In this document: one piece after another, positions 49,901 to 63,723 of the stretch
Numbering within the stretch: position 1 is the first letter of the stretch
Layout of the letters: every line of letters begins with the position of its first letter
Source of the DNA: Octopus sinensis
Taxonomy: Eukaryota
Reading direction: 5' to 3'
Length of the DNA stretch: 64,000 nt
Assembly (NCBI RefSeq): GCF_006345805.1
Contig: NC_042999.1
Location: forward strand, 11,408,001-11,472,000
Position numbers and translations under genes: made by a program
Notes under the pieces: model-generated
The model's input: only the letters and a program-made list of their open reading frames with translations
Databases searched by the model: none
What the model was told of the DNA's origin: nothing

Positions 49901-50840
49901 ATTATATTGATAATTTTATTTGTTTGGATTGGAATGTTAAAAGGCAGGAAACGACTCTTTAGGAGGTGTTTGTAGAGAAAGACAAATGAATTCACAAGAG
50001 GGATTACTCTATTGATTTTGGTGCCCCCCACACACACACACATATGTATATATGCAGAGAGAGAGAGAGAGAATGGCTGACAATGACAGTGAATGTATTG
50101 AAGACATGTAAATATTTTCTATTGTTAAATGCCTGATGTAATTCTAATTGACCTTAGTGTTACAATTGAATAAGAGAAAGAAAGAAAGAACTCGTCTGTA
50201 AAGAGAGCCCAAAAGAATCTATTGGTTCTCTTGATATAAACTGGCATTGCATTGGTTATGATGATGAGGGCCCCAGTTGATCTGATCAGCAAAACAGCCT
50301 GCTCGTGAAATTAAGATGCAAGTGGCTGAGCACTCCACAGATGCATGTAGCTCTCAGGGATCAATCTACAAACATTATTGTGGACCCCTGAGCCCCCAGA
50401 AACAGCTGTTGAATCTGTAATACTTTTCTCCAATCCCTTTAATCATCTACATTATTTGTGTTCTGTGTTAATCGGACGGTTTTTGTATTTAAACATATAT
50501 ATATCTTCTACTTTTTTGTATTTCACGTATTTAATATACTTTGTATATTGATCTGTCTAAATGGCTTATCGCTACATTTACTTCTATACCTGCTCAAGTT
50601 TAAATCTCTTGAACACTACTAAGTGTATTCTATACAAAGAAGATCTGATTCTCACCTATGAATTATATACATTTATATATATATATATATTTTTATATAT
50701 ATATATTCAAATATGAATTAGAAGCAGCTCAAAGTATATAGACAAAACCAAGCACACATGTGCAACCGACCCATGAACTAACAACACACATACCCTGTGT
50801 ATGTGTGTTTGATTTTGTTTTAATATATATATATATATAT

Positions 50841-51392
50841 ATCATCATCATCATATGCCCGCTTTCCATGCTAGCATGGATTGGACGATTTTACTGAGGA
50901 CTGGCGAACCAGATGGCTGCCCCAGGCTCCAATCTGATCTGGCAGAGTTTCTACAGCTGGATGCCCTTCCTAATGCCAACCACTCTGAGAGTGTAGTGGG
51001 TACTTTTATGTGCCACCGGCACGGGGGGGGGGAGCAGTCAGGTGGTACTGGCAACGACCTCGCTCGAATCTTTTTACTCATGCCACCGGCACAGATGCCA
51101 GTAAGGCGATGCTGGTAACGATCACAATCGAATGCTGCCTTTTACGTGCCACCGGCACGGAAGCCTGGTAGCCGCTCTGGCAACAATCACGCTCCGATGG
51201 TGCTCTTAGCACCCTACTAGCACGAGGCTCATTTGCCAGTAAGGCGACACTGGTAACGATCATGCTTGAATGGTGCCTTTTATGTGCCACTGGCAAGGAT
51301 GCCGGTTAGCCGCTCTGTCAACGATCACACTCGTACGGTGCTCTTTGCACCCTGCTAGCACAGATGCCAGTCATCGAATTTGATTTTGATGC
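50841..51392 (-). repeat. RTE 3' fragment with diverged tandem units
   Basis: Repeated tgccaccggcac core with diverged intervening segments; (CAT)n at the left end. Confidence 0.8.
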
Positions 51393-51416
51393 ATATATAT
51401 ATATATATATATATGC

Positions 51417-51450
<34 letters not shown>

Positions 51451-51528
51451 GCATCTTTTTGCATGTTATTAATTCATGAATGACAATGGAACAAGAATTA
51501 CATAATTAACTTCAGAAGCAATGTACTG

Positions 51529-51610
51529 GGCTCTGAGGAAGCTATTAGATATTGTACAAGCACCTAGCTCTTGAGTGCACTGCTTTTTATAGCAGAAACA
51601 GCTGTAAGGT
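51529..51610 (+). ncRNA. Second copy of the long-stem-II hammerhead
   Basis: GGCU-CUGAGGA-A-GCUAU...AUAGC-A-GAAA-CAGCUG-UA-AGGU; one stem I mismatch. Confidence 0.68.
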
Positions 51611-51791
51611 AATTAAGTTGATCATGTAACTCCTGTTCCCTTTCCATTTATTAATTAATATTTTGCTCTTCACTCACCTAATGCATTATTCTAAAGCATA
51701 TGTCCAGCGATTTCTAACAACTGGTTATTAGTATTGCTATGCCGAAGAGAAATAACACACCTATATACATTATTGCTTTTTATTTCTACAG

Positions 51792-51861
51792 AAACATTTA
51801 CCATGACCGTCCACAAGAGCAATCGTCAAGGTGGTCATCTGATTCTAACAATTCACCACAG
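51792..51861 (+). CDS. MKLN1: Muskelin exon 2 (NIYHDRPQEQSSRWSSDSNNSPQ)
   Basis: QSSRWSS motif; ttctacag acceptor, CAG|GTTGGT donor. Confidence 0.95.
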
Positions 51862-53844
51862 GTTGGTCTTTGTTTTTTTTATATTTGTTGAAGTAATAAT
51901 TTGTTACATTTTTATCTTCCTTTTTCTTTTCTTTACATCTCATTTTTTTTTTTTAAATGTCTTTTTAATATTTATGTCTTTCTAAATTTAATTGTAAAAG
52001 TAATTTTGTGGATTAAATTTCCTAATTGATGCCAGATTTATTTTCAAAGTTTTACTTTTAAATTATTGAAATTTTAAAAATTATTTGATTCTCATATTTT
52101 AACCCTTTAGTGTTCAGATTTATCTCTTAGATGTAAGACTTATCCATTGACATCGTTTTAAATTAATCCCGGATTGTCTTGTAGCTTTGAGATTTTGATG
52201 AGGTGGTTTTTGTTTAGAATGACATTGTAGAGTAGATATGAGGAACCCGATTTGGCTGGTTTGAGCATAAAACAAGGAGAATATCTGGGTTGGATTTGGC
52301 CAGTTTAAACGCTGAAGGGTTAAAGTTCTTCAAATTAGATTTTGGTCAGAAGAGATTGCCAGAGTTGTAATTTTCATAAAGGACCAATAATCTTAGTGAA
52401 ATTTTCAACTTCCATTTTATCATCATCATCATCATCATCGTTTAAAGTCTGTTTTCCATGCTGGCATGGGTTGGACGGTTGCACTGGGGACTGGAGAGCC
52501 AGGTGACTGCACCAGTTTGATCTGGCAATGTTTCTACAGCTAGATACCCTTCCTAATGCCAATGGTGCTTTTTACGTGCCAGAGGGGGCTGGCATTGACT
52601 ATGATTGGATGGTGCTTTTTATGTGCCACTGGCACGGGAGCTAGTCAAGGCAGTGCTGGCATCAGCCACATTCCGATGATACTTTTTACGTGCCACCGGC
52701 ACGGAAGCCAGTTGGGGCAAGGAGTCTCTTGATATAAATTACTAATTTAAGAAGAACCAATGGAACTATAGATTTTTACATAAACTTTGGTCTCATCATC
52801 ATTCAACATCTGTTCTCCTTGCTGGCATGGATGGCCTGACAGGAGCTGCCCCATGCTCCAATTGTCTGTTTTGGCACAGTTTCTACAGCTGGATGCCCTT
52901 CCTGATGCCAACCACTTTACACAGTGGACTGGGTGCTTTTTACGTGGTGCCAACACCGACTGGATCACCAAGTAGCTTACAAGACAAGGATGTCGTGTCT
53001 GAGAGAGATGGAACCAAGAGAAGTGGCCATGTGTCAGGCGCAAGACGTTAGAGTAAGATAGAGAGACAGAGATAACTGATACTAGAGAAGAGATTCTTGG
53101 CCACCCCAGTAGGACAGGGAAGGGGGGGGTCTACCCACAAGTTAACAGTGGAGGTGGGATACAAGTAGTACAGAAGGGATAGAAGAGATGTTCCACAAGA
53201 GTATGAGGGGGGAGGAGAGGAAGTGAAGAGGCTTGCAGTGGGGGTGATGGGTTGGGAGTGAGTTTTGCCAGAGAGGATAGAAATGGGGGGGGGGCATGAC
53301 CATAAAGGACATTCCTGTATGTATGGATGGCCATGATTTTGCTTAGGGTGTCTTCTCAAGCCCAGCAAATCTCCAGAAGTCTTGGTCCCTTGTCGTCTCC
53401 TAATTAAAGATGGTTTGAGGTTGGTATTCTCTTTAAAGTGGTGATGCAACTCAGAAAATCATTTTAATATCAATTACCATTTACTCAATCATACAAAATA
53501 TTGTATTTTAAATAACAATAGATTTTAGAAAATATTTATGCATTAAAGTGTAAATATTTTCTAGCTGTCAGATGAATTTTTAAACTTTTGAGAGGACATG
53601 AAATAATTCTGTTCTCTAAATAAATCCAAAACCGTTTGGGATATCAAAAAAGGGTTTTCAACCCAGTCCTTACTTGCTATTGTTTATAGCTTCATGTACT
53701 TCGAGATCCATGTTCCAAAAAAGAAGTAATTATTTTGCTTTTAGTATTGATGGTCTTAAGTTGGTATTTCTGAAAAGTGCTGAGACAGACTCGGGTAAAT
53801 CCTTTTAATAATAATAATTGCCTCATAATTAATCATAAAATTAA

Positions 53845-54090
<246 letters not shown>

Positions 54091-55259
54091 TGACTGTGTC
54101 CTTTTTTTGATCCTTTGCTAAATAAGTGCATCAAACAACATAGCTATGTCTTCAAGGCCAGTATTTTAGTGATAATAAAGCCATTAATGATGGTCTAAAG
54201 GGCTTAAGTGCACATCATTGATCTCAGGATATTTCTAGCTTTTGTCTTCTGTCAATGCATTTAGAAATATACTATTCACTTGTTTTTTTGTTGTTGTTTT
54301 TTACAGTTTTCACCACTTGTTCCATTTCTTCATTTTGTCTCTTTTGCTGTTCTCATCCACTCAATCCTTCTCTCTCTGTCTGTTTGTCTGTCTCTCCTAA
54401 AATCCAAGTCGTCATGTTGCTCCTCAACAGCAAGAAATCTCTTCTGCTGCTCTGGCAACCTCCTCATCTCCTGGCATATGTCTGCCTCTCTCTGCAGTTT
54501 GTGAACTTGCAAGCTGCATGGAGACCTCACTTGTAGTTCTAGGGCACCAAGAAATCCACCCAGTACACTGCTTGGTGTCGGGGGTGGCATCCATCTATGG
54601 AATCCATGCCAAAGGAGGGGCACTGGTGCCCAATGCAGTCCTTGGACCCATTGGATCCTGTCGAACCATCCAACTGATGCCAGCATCAGTTAAAGGACAA
54701 TGATGACGACCAGCTCAGTCCACCTCTCTTTCGACTTCCCTTCATTCACAATTATTTACAAATGATAAGGGAGCCTCTGGTCCACTGGAAACAACAGCTA
54801 AATCTCCTTCAAATTATACCCTATTGTCTTGGAAAATGGACAACACTTTAGATAGTCTACTTTCAGATGTACTGTGCTTGAGAGAAAGACATGATGGTCA
54901 TTGATGGAATGCTTTTGATCAAAGTTGTACTCAGTCAATGCTAACCTGGGTCTAAACAACAACTTGCAGTTTTTTATTTAAAAGAAAATCCTCCAAAACC
55001 TTTTCTTCATCTTTATTATGCAATAACCTCCAACATTTCCAGTTTCTACTTTAACTCTCTCTCTCTCTCTCTCATTCTCTCACTTGCTCTTCCTCCCTCT
55101 CCCCCTCTCTCTCTTCTCACTTTCTCTTTTCTTTTCTCTCTCTCTCTCTCTCCATTCTCTGATGAAAGGAAATATCTTAGTCTTTAAGCAGTTCCTATTC
55201 TATAACACAAATCCCTTCCGGCTGCCGTTTCCGTTCAAAGATTGTTCTTGTCTTTGCAG

Positions 55260-55348
55260 TGGTTTGAAGAATGATCATGTACCTGAGACGTTTTATCCTT
55301 TGAATGAAATAGATGATAATCACTTCCCTGTAAGATATCTCAAAATTG
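55260..55348 (+). CDS. MKLN1: Muskelin exon 4 (GLKNDHVPETFYPLNEIDDNHFPVRYLKI)
   Basis: GLKND..ETF motif; tttgcag acceptor, G|GTAAGT donor. Confidence 0.95.
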
Positions 55349-55818
55349 GTAAGTCTTCTCACTTCTATTCTCAGAAACCATAATGGTCATTTTAGTGTTG
55401 TCTGAAAGGGCAAATAGAAGTCATTCTTCATAAGAAATAAAACCATTCTTGAAAGTATCTGTTCTCAAGGATTGTATTGGTCCCGCCCCCACAGGGAGGT
55501 ACCTTGGGAAAGTGCCTTCTACTATAGACTTGGCTCAACCAATGCCTTGTCAATGGATTTTGTCCATGGAAACTGTGTGGAAGCTTGTATGTGTGTCCCC
55601 ACCACCACTTGACATCCAGTGTTGGTTTGTTTACATCCCTGTAATTTTGCAGTTTAATAAAAGTGACCGATGCAATAATTATCAGACTTAAAAAATGAAT
55701 CCTGGGCTCAGTTTGTTAAACTCTTCAAGGCAGTGCCCCAGTATGGCCAAAGACAAGAATATAAAATATATTATTTTAATAATATATTTCTTTAATTTCC
55801 TTCCTAATTAGTGACTGA

Positions 55819-55977
<159 letters not shown>

Positions 55978-57029
55978 TGATTTTCGTTCGTGTTGTATCA
56001 TTTAGTGAAACAGGGCATTCAGCCCTAAAAACCACACTAAAGCAGATCCCCCCTCTGTCCCCTCTACTACTTATATTCCCCTCACTGTTCCCCCTCTCTC
56101 TCTCTCTCCTACCTTCCTTGTCCTCCTGGGGTAAGCAAGTATCTCCTCTATAATAAAACAACTCTGTCGTCCCTCTGTCATACTCCAGTCACCTCAGTTC
56201 TACTTCTCTCAGCTGAGAGGTCTTTGTTTTGTGAGCTACTTGGTGACCCCACTGATGCTGGTGCCACATAAAAATCACCTGGGCTGGTGCCATCTAAAAA
56301 GTGCCCAGTGCCACTCCGTGAAGTGGTTGGTTGACATTAGGAAGGACACTAAGCTGTAGAGACTCCACCAAAGCAGACCAAAGTAGCCTTTGTTGCAGAC
56401 TTGTCAGCTCCTGTCAAACCATCCAACCCATGACAGCATGGAAGATAGATGTTAAATGACGATGATGATGATGAGAGATATGATTAAGAAGTTTGTGTCC
56501 CAAACCACATGGTTTCAAGTTCAATCCCACTGCATGGCACCTTGGGCAGGGCAAGTGTCTCCTATAGCCTCAGCTTTACCATAACATTGTGAGTAGATTT
56601 GGTAGATGGAAACTGAAAACAGCCTGTCGTGTGTATGTGTGTGTGTATGTATGTATATATATATATATATATACACACAGACTTTTTCTATTCCTGAGCA
56701 TTATACTAATACATGTTTGTTTTGTACACCACCTGTCTTCATCTTTTGTTTTTTTTCGTAAACTGTCCCTAAATATATATATATATATATGTATATATCA
56801 TCATCATCATCGTTTAGCGTCCGCTTTCCATGCTAGCATGGGTTTGAAATTTTCAGAAAAACAAAAGACAAAGACATGTGTATAAACAAGTAAGTGTATT
56901 AGTTTGACACTTGGGAAAAATGGTTAAGTCCTTTAATGCTTCGACAGAAACGAATAAGAGGAAATAGAGAAAGAGAGAATGAAAAAAAATGTGTTGCGTT
57001 CAGTGGTCCAACATGGCAAATATATATAT

Positions 57030-59645
57030 ATCATCATCATCATCATCGTTTAGCGTCCGCTTTCCATGCTAGCATGGGTTAGACGGTTCAACTGGGGTCT
57101 GGGAAGCCAGAAAGTTGCACCAGGCCCTGTCTGATCTGGCAGTGTTTCTACAGCTGGATGCCCTTCCTAACGCCAACCACTCCATGAGTGTAGTGGGTGC
57201 TTTTTACGTGCCAGATGGGGCTGGCAAACAGCCACGGTCGGATGGTGCTTTTTACGTGCCACCGGCACAGGGGCCAGGTGAGGCTGGCAACGGCCATGAT
57301 TGGATGGTTCGCTTACGTGCCATCGACACTGGTATCACAGCTGCAATTTCCATTGATGTTGATCGACTTCGATTTTGGTTCTGATTTCCACTTGCCTCAA
57401 CAGGTCTTCACAAGTGGAGTTTTGTGTCCCAAGAAGGAAAGGTATGCATAAGTCGACTGGCTACATACCAGGTAGAGGCCATGGGTTGTGGTCTCACCTG
57501 TCCTGCCGGGTCTTCTCACGCACAGCATACTTCCATAGGTCTCGGTCTCTAGTCATTTCCTTGGTGAGACCTAAAATTCGAAGGTTGTACTTCACCACCT
57601 CGTCCCAGGTTTTCCTGGGTCTACCTCTTCCACAGGTTCCCTCAACCTCTAGGGTGTGGCACTTTTTCACACAACTATCTTCAGCCATTCTCGTCACATG
57701 ACCATACCAGCGCAAATGTCTCTCTTGCACACCACAACTGATGCTTCTTAGGTCCAACTTTTCTCTCAAGGTACTTACATTCTGTCAAGTATGAACACTG
57801 ACATTACACATCCATTGGAGCATACTGGCTTCATTTCTTGTGAGCTTACACATATCCTCAGCAGTCACGGCCCATGTTTCACTGCCATGTAGCATGGCTG
57901 TTCGTACACATGCGTCATACAGTCTGCCTTTTACTCTGAGTGAGAGGCCTTTTGTCACCAGCAGGGGTAAGAGCTCTCTGAACTTTGCCCAGGCTATTCT
58001 TACTCTAGCAGTTACACTTTCGGCACACCCACCCCCGCTACTGACTTGGTCACCTAGGTAGCGGAAGCTATCAACTACTTCTAGTTTTTCTCCCTGGAAT
58101 GTGGTAGAAGTTGGTCTCTGCACATTTTCAGTGTTTATTGCTCCTGAGCATCTGCCACAAACAAAAACTATTTTCCTAGCTAGCCTTCCTTTGACATTGC
58201 TGCGCCTCTTATGTGTCCATAGCTTACACTTGGTGCATCTTATAGAGTTTCTACCTACACCTTTTCTACAGATCGAGCAGGGCCATCTACCTGAAGGCGT
58301 TTGTGATTTGTTTACCTTCCTACTTATTAGGACTTTGGTTTTGGCTAGGTTGACTCTAAGGCCCTTCGATTCTAATCCTTGCTTCCACACCTGAAACTTC
58401 TCCTCCAGTTCTGATAGTGACTCAGCAATTAGAGCAAGGTCATCAGCATAGAGGAGCTCCCAGAGGCATTCTGTCTTGAATTCCTCCGTTTTTGCTTGGA
58501 GGACTATGATAAATAGAAGGGGACTGAGGACTGAACCTTTGTGGACCCCAACCTCTACCCGGAATTCTTCACTGTACTTGTTGCCAACCCTCACCTTACT
58601 AGCAGCGTCCCTGTACATGGCTTGCACAGCTCTCACTAACCATTCATCTATCCCTAGTTTCCTCATTGACCACCAGATAAGGGATCGGGGGACCCTGGCG
58701 AAGGCTTTCTCCATGTCAACAAAAGCCAGGTACAGGGGCTTATCTTTGGCTAGGTATTTCTCCTGCAGATGTCTTACCAGGAATATAGCATCAGTAGTAC
58801 TTTTCCCTGGCACGAACCCAAACTGCATCTCATCTAAGCTGACTCTCTCCCTAATCAGTTGGGCTATGACCCTTCTCTCCGTAACCTTCATTGCCTGATC
58901 CAACAGCTTGATACCCCTGTAGTTATTTGTATCTAGGGCGTCACCTTTACCTTTGTAGCAGTTGACTATTATGCTGCTACACCAGTCATTGGGAATGACT
59001 CCTTCGTGTATCACCTGGTTAACTATATGGGTGACAAGGCTATAGCCGACACTGCCAGATATTTTGAGCATCTCTGCAGTAATTCCTGATGGGCCTGGGG
59101 CTTTCCCTGTCTTCATACTTCTAATTGCCTTAACTACCAAGGAACTGTCAACCTGGATAGCTGGTCCCTCTGTTGGGTCGACATTTGGCAGACTCTCTTT
59201 ATCCCATTCATTTTCTTTATTCAGCAACCTTTCATAATGGTGTCTCCAAACCTCTCTCTTTGCATCCTCATTTAGCGCAAGTGAACCATCTTCCATGCGA
59301 ACACATTTCTCTCCTACCACATCACGATTCTCTCTCACACCCTGTCTTGCAACACGAAATACCTCAAGTCTTTCATCCTCACGGCGCAGAACATTGGCAA
59401 TTTTTTTCTTATCTGCTTCCCCTCTGGCTAAATACACCTGCCTCCTAGCTTCCCTTCTGGCAGTCTGATATACTTCCCTGCTACCACCGTTCTTCCAGTC
59501 CTTCCAAGCCTGTTTCTTTTGTCTAATAGCCCTGTCAACAATATTGTTCCACCACCATGTTATTTTGGGTCTTGAGGGGACTTTGCACCAACCACAGATC
59601 TGGTCAGTGGCTCTTAGCAAGGTGTCCCTTAGAGACCTCCAGTTG
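57030..59645 (-). mobile_element. RTE-clade LINE, 5'-truncated, young copy (RT ORF + 3' region + (GAT)n tail)
   Basis: 611-aa ORF 57785-59620 with GKAPGP, NYRGI.LL, QFGF, FVDMEKAF, GSVLSP, LLYADD, FRYLG. Frameshifted C-terminus 57494-57769 (LRWYGHV..GRGRPRKTW), then tandem-hairpin region and (GAT)n. Confidence 0.93.
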
Positions 59646-59749
59646 TCTTATATATATATATATCATTTAGCAAATGCCAGTTGATCATTGGGGTTGATGT
59701 AATCGGCTTTCCTCAAAAACCGTTGACCCTCTGCCGCAACTGGAAATCA

Positions 59750-60060
59750 TTATTGCCTCCACTTTAGCAAAGGTGGAGGTATTGTTTTCAGTCGTATTTG
59801 TTTGTCCATGGTCAAGATATCTCAAGAACCGCTGGATGGATTTGGATGAAACTTTCAGGGATGTTTTGCCTTGTGACTGACACAAACTGATTAGATTTTG
59901 GGATCAATCCAGTTTTTTTACCTAATTTTTAGTATTCCCTTTTGTGAAACCGGTCGAGTTTATTTCATCTATTCTCATTTTAAAAGTCATCTCTGGCTAA
60001 TCGTTGAGAGGATGTTGGTGTTGCCTTGACGGAGGTTTGCACTCTCTTGGTGCTCTTGTT
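59750..60060 (+). mobile_element. HINE/DINE-1-like non-autonomous element
   Basis: 5' hairpin cctccac..gtggagg, short gttt/gtcc repeat core, 3' ccttgacggagg followed by stem-loop gcac..gtgc. Confidence 0.65.
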
Positions 60061-60242
60061 TGTATTACTCTTAATAGACCCAAACTAGTTTTTAAACTCA
60101 CATCTTTTATTATTCAGTGTTGATTTTAGTTGGGAGAATCTAATTTAGATGAAATTATTGTTAATTATGAAACTAAAATCCTCCTCCTTCAGTTATTTGT
60201 TTTATTTGGTATTTTAATACCTGAACCGATTTCTTTTGTTGA

Positions 60243-60407
<165 letters not shown>

Positions 60408-60679
60408 TGATATATTTTGTCTGTTTTCTTGTTGCTTTTTTTTTATTTTGTTTTTCAAATTGTAAATAGTAAAAGCTGTATGTAGAGACCCTCAGAAGCA
60501 TCTCGGCCTTCACGGACAAAAGGCAGCACAGGTTTGGATGTGTGGTTAAGAAGTCTGTTTCCCAACCGTGGGTTCAATCCCATTGCATGGCACCTTGGGC
60601 AAGTGTCTTCTGCTATAGCTGGCCAAAACCTTGTGAGAAACTAAAAGAATGTCATATACACAAACACATATATATATGT

Positions 60680-61031
60680 GTGCAGGAGTGGCTATGTGGT
60701 AAGTAGCTTGCATACCTGGTTCAGTTCCACTATGTAGCACCTTGGGTAAGTGTCTTCTACTATATAGCCTCGGGCCAACCAAAGGTTTGTGAGTGGATTC
60801 GGTAGACAGAAACTGAAAGAAGCCCATCGTATATATATATGTCATATATACAAACATATCGCTTGACAACTGATGTTGGTGTGTTTATGTCCCCATAACT
60901 TAGCAGTTCAGCAAAAGAGATCTGATAGAATAAGTACTAGGCTTACAAAGAACAAGTCTTGAGATTGATTTGTTTGACTAAAGGTGGTGCTCTAGCATGG
61001 CCGCAGTCAAATGACTGAAACAAATAAAAGA
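60680..61031 (+). mobile_element. Same CORE-like SINE
   Basis: Colinear with 5647-6035. Confidence 0.8.
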
Positions 61032-61211
61032 ATGACTGTAACTCGAAAATTTAAAGAAATTAACATCCATGAAACAATCGTAGTGTTATATTAATTATAT
61101 TTTTTTAATAATTTTGTTATATATTTAAATAATATAAATTAAATAATCTTATGTATTGGCTTAAGTTTTTCATTGTATGATTTGCCTAATAGTGGTTTTA
61201 TCTCTAATTTA

Positions 61212-61242
<31 letters not shown>

Positions 61243-61798
61243 GCATGCATACATACACACACATGTGTGTGTCTGTCTGTCTCCTTGTCTTGACATCACA
61301 TGGTAGATATAAATGAATGTCCCTGTCATGCAAGCAGTGTCATTCATTCCCAATATTCTGTCCAAACATGTCTGGCCATGGGGTGGGGTGTAATTGATTA
61401 TATGACTACATTAAATATATTGGCATTTGGCCACCTCCCTCAATTCCCTGACCATCATTTGAGGGGTCGGGGTCCGGTTTTGTGAGTTGGTGACTTTGCT
61501 TATGATGATGATGATGGTACCAGGTGAAATGCACCTTGTAATCTCTGTAAAGTGGTTGGCACCAGGAAGGGCATTCAGCCACAGAAACCGTGCCAAAGTA
61601 AACATTGGAGCTTGGCACTGTCCCCTAGCTGACCAGCTCCTCTCAAATTCTCCAAACCACGGCCAACATAGAAAATAGATGATGATGATGATGATAGTTG
61701 TATTTCTTGATGAAATGGTTTCAAAAATATGTTCTCATTGAAAAAAAAAAAAGGAAATATTATTTTCAACTAAAAGTACAAATTTCTTCTTAATTCAG

Positions 61799-61853
61799 GT
61801 AATGCAAGGAGACTTTGACATGTGTGAAAAAATGATTACCTGTGCCAGCAAAG
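61799..61853 (+). CDS. MKLN1: Muskelin exon 7 (VMQGDFDMCEKMITCASK)
   Basis: Matches VLKGDFDACEELI; aattcag acceptor, G|GTATGT donor. Confidence 0.9.
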
Positions 61854-62278
61854 GTATGTGTCGTTAGACTTTTTCTTTACTTTGATTTGTAAATTTAGTT
61901 AAAAATCTGTTTATTTATTGTGAAATTTTTTGCTCCTTGATATTCTCTGCAACAGTGTGTATTTTGTCTTGCATACAATGGTATACTGTGCTTCTGTGCC
62001 TGGGATGGTGCTGCTGTTACACACACACACACACGTCTAAGACTGCATCCATAGAAAGGTTTACCTGACTAATTGATATATTAGTCAGTTCCCAACACAC
62101 TTTGATCTCTGACTCACAGACTTTCTGTCTTTCCTCTTACCACCCCTACATTCATTCCTCCTCCTCCTCCTCGCAGCTGCCTGGTCATGCAACACTACCA
62201 CCTTAGCACTCAAGACCCGGGTCTCTTTTCTCCTCCTCTTCCACTCCTGTCAAACTGTCCCGCCCATGCCACTAGGGA

Positions 62279-62822
62279 TCATCATCATCATCATCATCAT
62301 CGTTTAGCGTCCGCTTTCCATGCTAGCATGGGTTGGACGGTCAACTGGGGTCTGTGAAGCTGGAAGGCTTCGTCAGGCCCAGTCAGATCTGGCAGTGTTT
62401 CTACGGCTGGATGCCCTTCCTAACGCCAACCACTCCGCGAGTGTAGTGGGTGTTTTTTACGTGCCACCTGCACAGGTGCCAGACAGAGCTGGCGAACGGC
62501 CACGAACGGATGGTGCTTTTACGTGTCACCGGCACGGGGCCAGGCGATGCTAGCAACGGACACGAACGGATGGTGCTTTTACGTGCCACCGACACGGGGC
62601 CAGACAGAGCTGGCAACCGGCCACGAACGGACGGTGCTTTTACGTGTCACCGGCACGGGGGCCAGCCGAGGCTGGCAACGGACGCGAACGGATGGTGCTT
62701 TTACGTGCCACCGACACGGTTGCCAGACAGAGCTGGCAAACGGCCACGAGCGGACGGTGCTTTTACATGTCACCGGCACGGGGGCCAGCCGAGGCTGGCA
62801 ACGGACACGAACGGATGGTGGG
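62279..62822 (-). repeat. RTE 3' fragment with about six alternating ~62-bp units
   Basis: Repeated cgaacggatggtgcttttacgtg core; (CAT)n at the left end. Confidence 0.85.
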
Positions 62823-63217
62823 GCATTAAATGATGATGATGAGACACACCTGATCAAAGTTCTTCTGGCATTTTGTTGTGTATTTGGCTCACACATTTAA
62901 TTCTATATATCCTTTACTGCCCTCAGCTGTTCAGAATAGATTCCAAATCACCTTGAAATGTTACCTAGTCCTGTGTCTTATCCAGGAGGATATTTGCCCC
63001 TCATCTATTTTGAAATTTGATCTAAGAACAAAAGACATTTTGTTATATATTCTCACCGGTATTAAAACATTTAGCTTTGATTTAAAATGCTGACTAAAAA
63101 TGCACAAAAAAACGTTATTCAAATACATTGATGAATCATTTTTGTTTTCAAAATAAAATTTAAAGAGTAACAACAAAAAGAAACATTTCTAAAAAGTGAA
63201 AACAAAAATATATAAAA

Positions 63218-63723
63218 CTAGCAGTATCGCCCGGCGTTGCTCGGGTTTGTAAGGGAAATAACTATATAAGCATTTTTAGAGAGTTACTTCCCTTATAAAT
63301 TCGGGCTTTCTTAGCCATTTTTGTTTTGGTGTCTTCAAGCCATGAAGTCGTTGTTCTAAAAGAACGCTGGTCTCCTTCACAACGCATTACGACGTTGATT
63401 TCTTTACACTCCCTTCCCCACAACTTCACGAGGGAGGGAAGGGGGAGAAGCAAACAGGTGCAGCTGTGAGCGTGGACGCCAACTCCGCCGCCATCGACAC
63501 ACGATGCATTTTATGCATTAAAATGGAATAAAAAATGATGTTAAATTATTTTTAAAATCGTAGACTCATCGTTGACGCGCGCTAATAGTCAGACGGGCTC
63601 GATATGAATCACGACTATAAGATACCCGAATTTGGTTAAACTGCACCGCAAAATGTGGGAGGAGTTAGGAATCTAAATCGAAGGGGACAGACACTCACAC
63701 AACTAGAGTTTTATATATATAGA
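63218..63723 (-). mobile_element. Non-autonomous Helitron (506 bp)
   Basis: Minus strand reads A|TCTATATATA...CTAG|T with subterminal hairpin CCCGAGC-AAC-GCCGGG (63230-63245) and no TSD. Confidence 0.85.

Noticed and set aside
57785-59620. Autonomous active LINE
   Set aside because: 5'-truncated with no endonuclease domain, frameshifted near the C-terminus, and one finger Cys replaced.
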